Origin: Zygnema circumcarinatum SAG 698-1b
Lineage: Eukaryota; Plantae; Zygnematophyceae
NCBI GenBank assembly: GCA_037447605.1
Contig: CM074817.1
Span: 124,001 to 188,000 of the forward strand
Direction of reading: 5' to 3'
DNA: 64,000 bases
The translations under genes and the position numbers were made by a program. Numbering within the stretch: the first letter of the stretch is position 1; every line of letters starts with the position of its first letter. The notes beneath the pieces are model-generated. The model worked only from the letters and a program-made list of their open reading frames with translations, had not been told where the DNA came from and searched no databases. Positions 26,001-37,400 of the stretch are shown here, one piece after another.

Positions 26001-26421
26001 AGCATAAGGGATTATGTAGATTTCCTAAGAGAGCATATTACACTCATGGGTTTAAGGAGTTTTTGGGAAGGTATAGGCTTTCTCCTTACCTCTTTGTATC
26101 TCATTTGTCATGTGAGGTCACCGTGTTGGATTGGCGTGGTGGATGAGTGGAGCGACCATTGTATGGGGTGTGTTGCTTCCACCGCGAGGAGATCATTGGA
26201 GGGCGTGGAGTTGAGAGCGAGACCATGGAGGGAGATGAAGAAGTTCACTTGTTGAGGTGGGGTGTTTTAGTTTTCCGCTGTGCGCACCTGGTGAGAGGTG
26301 GACGCGTAGCGGAGCGGTATGTGGCCCAAGGAGAAGCAAAAGAAAAGTTTAGAGCTCTGATACCAAGGCATGTGATGCCCTTCCTTGAGTCTTTCCTTTC
26401 TTGCTGCCCCTTGCACCAACA
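14086..26421 (+). mobile_element. Copia-derived family B, copy B1 (non-autonomous): 5' LTR 14086-15437 plus 21978-about 22103, PBS about 22104, decayed internal region about 2.8 kb, 3' LTR 24921-26421
   Basis: Perfect TSD AGAAC (14081-14085 and 26422-26426); LTRs about 1.5 kb, TGTTGATG...GCACCAACA; relic KARLVA near 24247; PPT CAAGAGGGAT. Confidence 0.88.
15438..21972 (+). mobile_element. Copia A2, full length (LTRs 15438-16324 and 21052-21972), nested in the 5' LTR of B1
   Basis: TSD [72 protein letters not shown]. The host LTR B sequence resumes seamlessly on the right. Confidence 0.9.
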
Positions 26422-29400
26422 AGAACAACACGGGAGAAGACACGACCAGAGGGGGCTCAGTTTTTGACCCCTCAATCTCAACAAGTGGTATCAGAGCTGA
26501 AGGTGATGTGCGGCACACCATCCCTATCTTTCGGGGAACTGACTATAAGGATTGGCGGTGGCAGATGACAACTCTTCTTGAGCAAGAGCCTCTTGAGAGA
26601 AATGCGTCGGCAGGTTGATCTCACCACGGCCCGACTTCACCCTCCCTGCGCTGCGACAAGCGAGGAGAAGGCGGAGTGGTGGAAGAAGGGCGTCCAAGTG
26701 AGGATGTACACATGTCGCCTCAAGCGTAAAGAACCCGGCGAAGATACTCAGAGAGCTCAAAAGCTGCCTGCCGAGATGGCAAGCGAAGCTCCACGGCCAT
26801 CACGACACCATAGACCTGGCGTGAAGTTCGGGGCTCTACGACGAATTGGTGCAGATGAAGATGGGACAGACGGAGGAACTGACTTCCTACGTCATCAGGT
26901 TCAGCGAACTAATGGATAAGTTTGTCATTATTTCTAAAGCAATTGACAGACCAACGTATCATCGGGCTTCGAGAGGGTACCGGCCATCTGTTTTGGTAAC
27001 TTCAACCATAAACTCAGTTGAAAACGTCGTTGTCAAGAACTCGCTCACCCTTGGAGGAAGTGCGTGCATGCGAAAGTGAGTATAAGAGAGCGGCATAAAG
27101 GAGCAAAGAAGTCGCCCCTCGAAGACGCCATGGTGATCGCGACCCAAACCCCCGTGAGAGGCGCGCGACCGAAACATTTCTCCCAACTAATGGCAGTTTT
27201 AAGGGACATCTCGGCCGATTGTCGTGTGCATTCAAGAAGGCGTTCCCCAAAGTGGTGGAGGACGACTCCAAATAAACCCTCACGGTGACAAGAAGAAAGG
27301 CAAGGAGATGTTGCGTTTTCGCTGCCGTAAGTCGGGTCATCCGCCCTAACCGCAGGTCGTGGTCGGCTCGCATAGAGGCGAGTAACATGGCAAGTGATGC
27401 TGCCGAATTTGTGTAAATCAAATCTTTATGAATAAAGATAATCTTCACCGCGGGCTCATGAATTCTGGTGCCCTAAACATATGTAAAGGGCGCATAAGCC
27501 CTTCTTTACGCAGATGACGCGTTTGACCGGGCCACGCAGCCGCGGGATACTCTGCGAACCGAGACTCCAGGTCTCCTCGGCTACTCCATGGTGGGTCGGT
27601 TCACCGGCCCCACAGAGAAGGGACGCCTTCCAAACTCAGAATTGGTAGCAGCGCTTCATACCCCAACCCTAAGAATAACTTCTTCGGTTAGTCGATTTGC
27701 AAGGGCGATACGGTGGGTCTCTCCGGAGGACCTCGTAAGATAGTGCACGCCGCGTAAAAACCAGGAAGTTCTTGCGTGAACACAGAGGATGGATTCCCCA
27801 CTTCCTGACCGGGCTTCCTTCGGGTAGCGAACTGCCTCACCGCGGCGCATCGAGTACACGCAGGGATCGACGCTGGCCTCCTCACGTCCGCTCAAGATCG
27901 GGAGCCCGGCCTCACAGCCACTCATCGGGCCATGATTTGAAGGTGACCCGCTACAAGAAGGGAGCCGCCAAGGCAAGTGAGAGTCTCATCCTGCTTATAG
28001 GGGACGTTTCGCATAGCGGATCTAACGACCGGGCAGCCCTACCTCCACGCATTACCGGGAGCAAATGACAGGAGCCGCTGGGCCCGGCCGGGAGGGAGCG
28101 CCGTTAAGGGCTACGCTTTGGATACGAAAAGGACCGTAGGGACGCGAAACCGAAAAGTGGAATTTGCGATGGTACGGCAACTTCCGGAACTAGTGACGTG
28201 TCACAAAGTTCCGAAGCGACGCGCCGTGACATGACAAGTCGAAATATTCAGAAGAGTACGGCGACCGACTTCATTGAAGAACAGGAATCCGTACATGAAG
28301 CTTCAGACGCGGCGCAATTGTGGCACCGCCGACTTGGTCATTTGTCGTTTAGTGGCCTGGAGGCCCTCGCGACACAGAGCCTGGTCCGGGGACTCCCCTC
28401 GACGAAGATCTCGACACCGTGAAGCCGCTCGGGCTTCATCACATACGGCATACATAATCGTCTTCGCATTGAGCGAGAAGCATCGCTACGTCTAAAGCTG
28501 AGTTGGTCCACGCCGACCGCGCGACCGCATCACTCCCGCATCAAAGGGCGTTCAAGGTATTTCATCACCTTCCCGATGATTATTCCAGAAGATATGGGTA
28601 TACCGCCGTTTAAAAGTGAGGGCGTTTCCGAGACCTTTCTAATTCGGCAAAGTAGAGTGTAAAGGCAGACGGAGAGAAGGTGCGAGGTATCCGAATCTGA
28701 CAATGGAGGTATGCTGTGTCCCTTCCACTTTCGCTTTCACACCTCAAGTCACGGGATTCAAGACGAAGTTCATCAGCCCTACGTACCGCAAAGCAACGGC
28801 TGCCGAGAGGGTGAACCAACCCTAGTGACATGGTAAGAGCCATGCTGAGTGAGTCCCCCTTCACCCTCGATTTTTGGGGAGAAGCAATACTCACGGCAGC
28901 TTACATCCGGAACAGGTGTCCTTCCAGTGCCCTGAAAGATGATAAGAAAGTACCCGAGGAAATGTGGAGTGGCAATAAGCCTACAGTTCAGCACTTAAGA
29001 GTCTGGGGCTCGAAGTGCTGGATAGCGGTTCCAAAGGTCAAGTTAGATACAAAGTTTAGCCCGGTAGCGTAGTTCGCTACTTTCGGCCATAACGCCGACA
29101 AATTAGCCCCATGTGGTCTGAACTCCTTCCTTTGCACGCGTATAAGTTATGCCGCTGCACTCAAGTCGCATTTAGAACAAGCGGGAGGTGCGATGCGTAA
29201 TCGTGCAGGAGAGCCACCTCCTACATTGGAGTTCTTCCAAGTAGTGACATCTGGGGAGTGAGTCAACTTCACCCCCTACCACTGCCCCCTTGTTTCCAGC
29301 GGCATCGGAGTCGCAAGAAGAATTCGCACGGCGCCCGGAGGCGCCGCATGACCCCTCCGCGACCCCTCAAGAGCAGCTGCCCGGAGGAGAAGAGCCCGAA

Positions 29401-32136
29401 GACGACGATTTTGACCAGGAGTCCACAGAGGAAGAAGCAATTGAGGCACCAGCACCACGTACCTGGATTCCACGCCACGGTATGGATCCACCCTTGTATG
29501 CAAATGCAAAGGGGTTCACTCCGAACTACGGCGACAAGCCACCCTACAGAGATAGGCATCAACCGAAATGGTTCGGTAGAGGAGGACCAACGAGGAGGCC
29601 GACGAGAAGGAGAGAGGAGCTCAAGAGAGAGAGCTCTCACTCACTGACATTTTATGGACGCTACCCTCTACGGGTATCATTTGCTGGGAGCCGCGAACGA
29701 TTCTCAAGCGCTGAGTGCGATATGCGCTAAGTGGAAGGTGGCTATCAAGAGGAATCGACAAAATTTCATGGCATCCAACGTGGCGGCCGGAGCCGCGAAC
29801 ACTTCCAGCCGCAAAGCGCTATAAAATGTAAAGTGGGTCTTCAAAAATCAAGAGGAAATCGACGGAAGTACGTGATATAAGGCGCAGGCTGTGGGCTTAA
29901 GGGATTTGCGCGTAAATTTGGCATAGATTACCTAAACGCTCGCGACCAGCCAAGTTTAATTCCTCATGACTTCGGGATTTTATCAAGGGCCGAAGGAATG
30001 TATGTCCATCAACTGACATCAAGATCGCCTTCCTCTACCGATTTAGAGGAGAGCATTTCACATGAAGCAACCTAAGGGACGGCTGAACCAGTGAGCCGAG
30101 CACCAGCCGTTTGTGAAGAGCCTCTACGGGCTCAAGCAAGCTCCAAGGATCTGGTATCAAAAGATACACGAACTGCTCTTGATGAATGGCTTCACCCGCT
30201 TCCAAACAGACCACTCGGTCTACAAGACGGGAGAAGGAACGGCTCAGATGTTCGTCGGCATCTACGTCGATGACCCTATCATCGTGAGCGCTTCAATGGT
30301 GAGCATTCAGGGCCTCAAGGACCTGCTGAGAAAAGAGCTTTCAGATGAGTGATCTTGGACTGCTGCGGAAAATTCTGTGAATTCAAATTTTAAGAGGGAA
30401 AGGATAAAGAGCATGTTCCTAAGCCGTGAGAAGTACGCTGTGAGGTGCTAGCACGCCGTATCGGAGAAGTGTACTCGGCCTCCCCATGGACGGGAGCACG
30501 CAGCCAAATAAGGATATGAGCTCATGACGGCAATGGGAGAAAGGATGGAGAAGATTCCGCATGTCCGCTGACGCGTACCGGAGCAAAATTCGGCGGTGGG
30601 AACGCCGCCTGATCTCGCCAAGGCCGCGTGAGTACGGCCAGCCGGTACATGGAGAACTGGGCATACCATTGGGAAGCCGTTAAGAGGATCTTCGATACCA
30701 AAGGTACGCCCATTATGGAATCCGATTCGAGGGGAGCCAAGCAAATGGGCGTACCCGATACACCGACGCCGCATCGAGGTGACCTGACACGCCAGATCGA
30801 CATCTGGATATTTGCTTCAACGCGCGCTACTTTGGAGTTCGAAATCACAGACGCAAATCTGCGGCGCTATCTTCTACCGAAACCAGGTATATGGCCGCGG
30901 TCACGCAGCCGGAGGCCGTAGGATCGCCAGCTTCTTTGATGAGCGCGACCGACCACAACTCCCCGGTGCAGGACTGCCGACAACCAATCTCGACAAGGCC
31001 ATTGAGAACCCTCAGATTAATCTAAGAGCAAGTATATCAAGATCCAAAGCACTCACTTCACGCAGAGAGTTAGTGGATGCCGAGGAGACCAAGCGTGTCA
31101 ATTGCATCTGACGGTTTCATTACGTGGCTGCCAGATATGCCATCAAGGGAGTTTCGCAATCTACAATGTGGAGGAACAATCACTGATCGGGGACCCTATC
31201 GCGCTCAGCCCCAAGAGTGGGATTGTTGCACAGCCACAGAGTCGGCTGCAACCGCTTGGGACATGTGACTCAGTATTTACGATGACCCGGGATCTCGGGC
31301 GCCGGACGCCAAGCTTGCATGAAGGGATGGTTTCGCTACGCAAGCGACGTTAAAAAGTCCGAGAGCAATCATGGTAATACCGCGGATGCGATCTAACCTA
31401 AACGAAATGTTCGGCATACTACACGCTGATGACGCCATCAAGGAGCGCCGAGATCTAATGTGAACGAGGCGCCGACGTGACAAATATTCGCTGCTACGAC
31501 TCTTCGAATCAAACTGTATCAGGCCTCGCTAGCGCTACGAAAAGCTTTCACAAGACACCGAGAAAGCTGCTTTCAAAACTCGCCAAGGCGGGCGCTGCTG
31601 AGCGACTTCACTCGAGTGTGCTCTCCCATCGGAAGCTATATACCCCTGCAGAGACTCGCACGTAGGCGCATTCTGGCGCGATCAGAATGCCATGGCTAAT
31701 ACTTCCAGCCCACGAGGTTCTGCATGTTCTCGCGTACGCAGGCGGTCGTGGACCGTCATCAGCTCATGAGTTATATATCCGGGAGAAGCTTAAGATCCAG
31801 AATCACCGAGCCTTTATGGGAGGCTCATGCTTCATCAAGCATCGCAGACCGAGTAGTGCTTCCCGAAAGTGTGTAGCCGTCTGAGGAAGGGTGTGGTGTA
31901 CTGCAGCAGCCGCAGCGCTTAGTAGAGAGCGTAGGATAGAGCCAGAAAGTCGAGGCTACGTCACTGCTGTATCTTTCATTGTATAAAGAAGAGGTTTTCT
32001 ACCGTGGGCTTTTCTTCATACTGACCGCCTCTCGCTCTTGCTTGGTCTACTCTGCAGTCATCATGGCCGAGAACAACACGGGAGAAGACACGACCAGAGG
32101 GGGCTCAGTTTTTGACCCCTCAATCTCAACAGGTAC

Positions 32137-33673
32137 ATCCTGCCTTAACAGCTTTAGCCAACTGCATGGTTGAGCACAGAAAAGGTGTATCAGACTGCTC
32201 AGTAGCATCTGAAGTCGTAATGCCTGGGCGCAGAGTTATTCGTCGTGCGCCACAACGCAAAACACAAGTGGGTATGGAAAAATCCATCTGAGCCTTGACC
32301 ATGGTTAACCACGGACTTCCCAGAATAACATCTAGGCCAGGCGCCAGATTAGTGACAAAACACCGAATCTGCCCTGAGTAAGTCTGAATCTTCAGACGTG
32401 TGGTTATGGTGCCAAGGATTTGACCCTGTCTACCATCACCAAAAGTCACGACTTCGGTGAGAGGGGAGACAAGCAAGTCAACAAGCTTAACAGCGGCACA
32501 AAGACTAATGAAATTAGAATCGCGACCGACCGCAAAATCCACTACGACCGGCCAATGAATCCTGAAAGGTCATTGAAAACGGGTGCAAAGTGGAAGAGTG
32601 ACCGCAATACATGGACGATGATGTTGAGAAATTACGCAAAGTCCCTGCATCAAAGGGGTACTACATCCAACCAAAGAACCGGGTAGAAGTATCCACCCAA
32701 TGTAGCATGGGATGTCCTTTTCGCCAGATCTTGACCAACTTCCAGTTAGTATGGCTAAAAGTCCCAATCGAAGCATGCAAAGGTATCAATACATGCAAAC
32801 TTGAAACATGACTAGTGATGCGCTGTAAACGTAAAGCAACAAATGTACAATCAATAAGAGACACATTACCTGAAGGATTCAAAATCCAAACAGTCAATTG
32901 TTCTCCATTCATCACAACATTCATGAAAGAGTCAGGAGTCACGATTAAGGAAATCGAGAATGGAATCACATTTAGATGCTCAGGACACAAAGTCACAAAT
33001 ACATCATGGTCATCCGGCTGTCTGCCCATCACATTCAGAATATCAAGAGGTTGTGGTACAAGCAAGCCTCTAGAACTGATGGCAGCAGCTGCAATCCTTA
33101 ATCCATCTTCTCCACCCGCAGCGACTCCTACACTGCTGGTGGTGTGCCGTTTTCCGGCCCTTTTCCCTTCTTGTCTTGATGCTTTGCGNNNNNNNNNNCT
33201 TAAGCTTTGGAAATAAAGGGAAGAGCTTCCGGTCTGCCTCTGGAGGTGGTGGACGTGAAGGCCCGGCGCTGCCGCCAGGAAAGGAATCAGCTTGCAAAGC
33301 CGCCGCATAGAAGAGTTTTGCATCCACTGGTTTCCATGGTTGAGATGTACGTGGATTTAATCGCAATTCCTTCTTCAAATGCGGCTTCAGGCCCATCCAA
33401 AAGTGATAAAACCACTGCTTCATCAGTAGGACGATGTGTCTTAATGAGTGACACCATCATACGAAGATCTCGTAGGAACTTTTTGGCACTACCAGTTTGT
33501 ACCATACTGTGGTACCTTTGACGCGCTTCCATTCCAGGATCCAAGACCCCAAAATGACGCTCAAGTTCCTTGCGAAATTTCTCCCAATCACTCCCAATCT
33601 TAGTGGCTAAGCTCTCGTATACACGATAGGCATCGCCGCGGAGTGATGGATATGAGAAATTCACCCACTCCTT
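32137..33673 (-). mobile_element. Ty3/gypsy G1: gag (C-terminal part), about 200-aa extra region and protease
   Basis: WVNFSYPSLRGDAYRVYE...FGVLDPGMEARQRY is homologous to G2 gag; GLDVILGSPWL protease C-terminus; interrupted at 33674 by an LTR end. Confidence 0.88.
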
Positions 33674-33838
33674 TGTTGGAGCATGGATCTGCTCGCTGCT
33701 CCCGGCGCCACCTCGCGTGTCGCCCTCCATTGGAACTCCGGTTCCCACCGATGAAGACATCTTCACTCTCTCTCACTCTATCTCACTTCACTCATAGCCC
33801 ATAACTCACAGAATGAACGCAGAGACGAGCACAGCGGA
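33674..33838 (-). mobile_element. 3' end of a family-C-related LTR inserted in G1 gag (rest lost at the gap)
   Basis: Minus strand reads ...GATCCATGCTCCAACA, similar to the LTR C end at 36620-36715. Confidence 0.7.
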
Positions 33839-33989
33839 NNNNNNNNNNAAGAATGTCACCCACATGAAGTTCTCCCCCTCTCACTAGCTACTTCTCCCCT
33901 TACTCACTACCTTGGGACACAAGCAGGGCAGCCCAACAACACGAGCAGGCACAGAATAAGTCACGGGACTACAGTANGCTAATGTGGGT

Positions 33990-34410
33990 ATCCTACATAA
34001 CAAAGCTAAACCCTATATACAGCCATGGCCGTGTTACGTGACATCTTCCTTGTTGACCGATGTCACGTCACGGCCGCCCTCATGCGTTCAGCAGCCAGGT
34101 ACGCGTTCAACATCCAGCTTTGCGGTCTTCGCAACCCTACGCGGCACCAACCTGAGTAAATTAAAATCCGAAATACGATTCGCGCCCACTCCCGAACTTA
34201 TGCGTCCCGTTCGAAGCGCGGGAGAACTTCCGCCCCGCCCGTCCGTCTGCGTCCGCCCGCCCAGCGCTTCGCATATTCGTTTAGCACCCGTACACATTAG
34301 CCGTCGCGGCAAAATCCGTCGTCGCATTCGCGCCGTTCACACTGTCGCGTGGGCTGTGACTCGGTCTCCTCGTGGATTGACCTCGTCGAGTCAGCGGACG
34401 CACTAAGTGC
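33990..34410 (-). mobile_element. Diverged LTR-B-like fragment
   Basis: CCGATGTCACGTCACGGCCG and flanking GC-rich blocks match the reverse complement of about 14350-14830. Confidence 0.55.
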
Positions 34411-34454
34411 AGCGGTTCGCCGACACTCGTAATTCTCAGCGTCACAGACGCGGC

Positions 34455-37400
34455 GTACTGGTGCAAAACAAGAAAGGGAAAGACACAAGGAAAGGGCAAC
34501 ACATGCCACCGGGTATCCGAGAGCTCAAAACTTTTCTTTTTCTTCTCCTTGGGCCACATACCGCTTCCGCCACGATATGCCTTCTCGTCCACCTCTCGCC
34601 AGGTGCGCACAGCGGACAACTAAACACCCCACCTACAAGTGCACTTCTTCAACTCCTCCATGGTCTCGGCTCCTCGCTCCGCTCCTCAATGATCTCCTGG
34701 TGGGCAACACACACGCCCATACAATGGTCGCTCCACTCATCCACGCGTGATCAAGGGCTCACATGACCAAATGATCTGATGGTAAGGGAGAAGCCCGGCC
34801 CTAAAACTCCTTAAACTTCATGGAGTGTAATCTGGCTCCTTGAGAAATCCGTGATCCATTATGCTAGATTCTCACTACTCCCGCATAAACCTTATCCTAT
34901 CCTCTCATAGATAGCCTACACACCCCAGCTACTTGTGTAAGCACTACACACTCCATGAACTCCTCTCTGCCTCCCAACACATGAGGACACACCATCTAAC
35001 TTCTTCACTAAAGCTTAGCATGATGAGAGGCTGGATTCCTTCGACGCTACACAAGGCGGACTCCTCACAAGGCTCAGGCCTGCACTACTCTTCCCGCTGA
35101 CCATGATTGGCGGCCTTAACATTGAGAGGTAGGTAGGTGAAACCAAGCACTCCCTCTTAAACTATAGCGGCCCGGCGTGACGTGACACCCGATGTCATCC
35201 ACCGGGCGCACAACAACGCGTAAAATTCCAGCAGCGTGAAGCGTTCCAGCGGCGGCTACAGCGTTCAACGGCCAGCTACACCGCCGCGTAAACCTCGCCC
35301 GGCACCGACTGCCAAAGTGCGTAAAATGCTATTCCGCCGCCCGGCACGTACACGTCCGCCGCCCAGCCGTACATATCGGCCTCGATCCAAGATCTGGCTG
35401 GTCCCTCACCGGTTGGCACAAATGAAGCCGCCCGGACACGCACTAAGGAGTCCCAGCGATACGCGCCTCTCCATTGCTTGTAGGCATCTCAATCTCTTCA
35501 ACCGACTTCCGCGTCCGCGTCCGCCGAAGACTGCGTCGCTATCGCACGGCGGCGCGACCAATCATAAGCCGTCGCGAGATCCGCCTCTCGCGCCAAATAT
35601 CTCCGCGTCCATTTGTTTCGCGTCGTCCGTACAGTCGCGCGCCGTCCGTACGGCCGCGCTCCTTTTCGGTCAAGCACATTCCGTGCACCCCCTTTTGTTA
35701 GTGTATAGTAGTTAGTCACTTGACAAGTTGTTGTTGGGACATTAGTTTTGTGTGCGTGTGTTGTGTGTGTGGCCCTTGGCGGCGATGTGCGCGCCCTAGA
35801 CAGCGAGCGTGATGCGGACTTTAGTGAGTGGAGGCGCTGACGCCCACGGCCGTCGAAATTGACGAGTAGCGACAGGCGACTGGTCGAAATGTGGCGTGGC
35901 CTTGAGGAGCCAGCCGGGCAGCGGAAGCGGAAATGAAGATGTGACGCGGCCTTGTAGCAGCTTCTTAGCATAAATCAGCCCGGCCCAGCGGCCTTGTCCG
36001 GCCGCTGGATTAGGTGATTTGGACTTGGTAGCGAGAAGTGGCGTCGGTGTCGGCCTTGATTCAGGAGTATGCGGGCTGCGCGTCCCGGGTATGGGGGTGG
36101 CGTGAAGGCAGCGGCCAGCGAGGATTGGCGTCATCTATCTTGGAGGCAAGGTCAGATCCTACGGCGCCAAGGCGTGGATTGAGCAGGCGAGTCGGTCGAC
36201 GGAGCCCAATCTTTGGATCGTGTGATGTACACGAGGATCAGCGGATTAGGATGGGGATAAGCCCTTCTTGAGGAGCCACTTTAGTCGATGTTGTGAAGCT
36301 TAAATGTTGTCGCGTGTAGTGGCGTAGTATTTAAGGATTGTTTTGTTGTAGGCCAACCAAATTAAAATTTCAGTACATTGTAGTCTACTGTTATCTTTGT
36401 TAAATTTCGTGTTGACACTACACTTACTACGTCTTTGTGAGTAGTGGTACGTGAGATTCTTGGCCGATTTGAGAGGGGTCTCTACTCAATGTGTATGAGT
36501 GGGTCAGTATTAAGGAGTTTTAGAGCGGGGAGAACTTCCTCACATTATTTCTGTTATTCATTGTGCATTGACTGGCGCTGATTCACTCTGAGTAAAATGG
36601 CTATAGTGAATGTAGGGATTTGAAGATGTCATCGTCGATTGGAACGCGAACTCCGATGGAGGGTGACCCGAATGGAGGAACGGACGGCAGCAGTGGAGGA
36701 GTCCCTGCACCAACAAGTGGTATCAGAGCTCATGGAGACTCGGAGGACCACGTCAAGTTCAGCATTCCGGCCTTTGATGGGCAGGATTACAAGGCGTGGA
36801 GATGGAGGTTGGTTCCCTTGCTTGTAGGCAAAGGGTTGCTTGGGTATGTTGATGGCAGCATCAAGTAGCCGGAGTTACCGGTTGGAGCCTCTGCGGAGCA
36901 GCAGTCGGAGCACCACGTGGTGATCGCGCGATGGAGATCCAAGGACAACAAGGCCCTGACGCGGATTGTAATGAGCGTAAGAGGAAGTCCGTCCTCTATG
37001 CAATATGATCTGAAGACCTCTCATGCCATGTGGGGATGCTTAGAGGAAATGTGTGATGTAAAAGACAATGTGGCGATAGTCGGTCTTTCTGGCGGCTAGG
37101 CAAGATGAAGATGACCCCGGATGAAACTAGAAGCTTATATGAGGTGGTTTGATGCTCGTGGGAGAGGTTCATAGCCCTTGGGAAACCATTAGAGGCAGAC
37201 CATAAGATAAGCCAGTTTCTAGGGGGTTTGACCAGTAGATTCGATGTGGCAGTGGCGGCTTTGAGGACAGTCCTGACTAATACCACGATGACTCTTGAGC
37301 AAGTCAAAGCGTAGGATAAGGAGGAGGCGGACTCCATTAGGGATGTCGGCGGCCACGAGGTACTTGCGTTACGCGCTCGACCAAATCGAAGAGGAGGCCT

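Larger units (their letters stand above)
13232..32131 (+). mobile_element. Copia A3: 5' LTR split by B1 (13232-14085 plus 26427-26483), PBS 26484-26497, gag-PR-IN-RT-RH about 26500-31210, 3' LTR 31224-32131
   Basis: PBS AGTGGTATCAGAGC (tRNA-iMet); gag IFRGTDYKDWRWQM; GAG-pre-integrase [17 protein letters not shown] and YVDD; PPT AAGAGTGGGAT; TG...CA LTR. The reading frame is broken by many indels. Confidence 0.88.

Noticed and set aside
9803-32131. High divergence between paired LTRs suggesting ancient insertions
   Set aside because: Differences are dominated by scattered small indels typical of low-accuracy long reads, while TSDs and junctions look young; dating is not reliable.
33287-33766. 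Gag with a novel N-terminus MKMSSSVGTG..., also seen at 36620
   Set aside because: The N-terminal part is the U5 end of a C-type LTR inserted in gag, not coding sequence.
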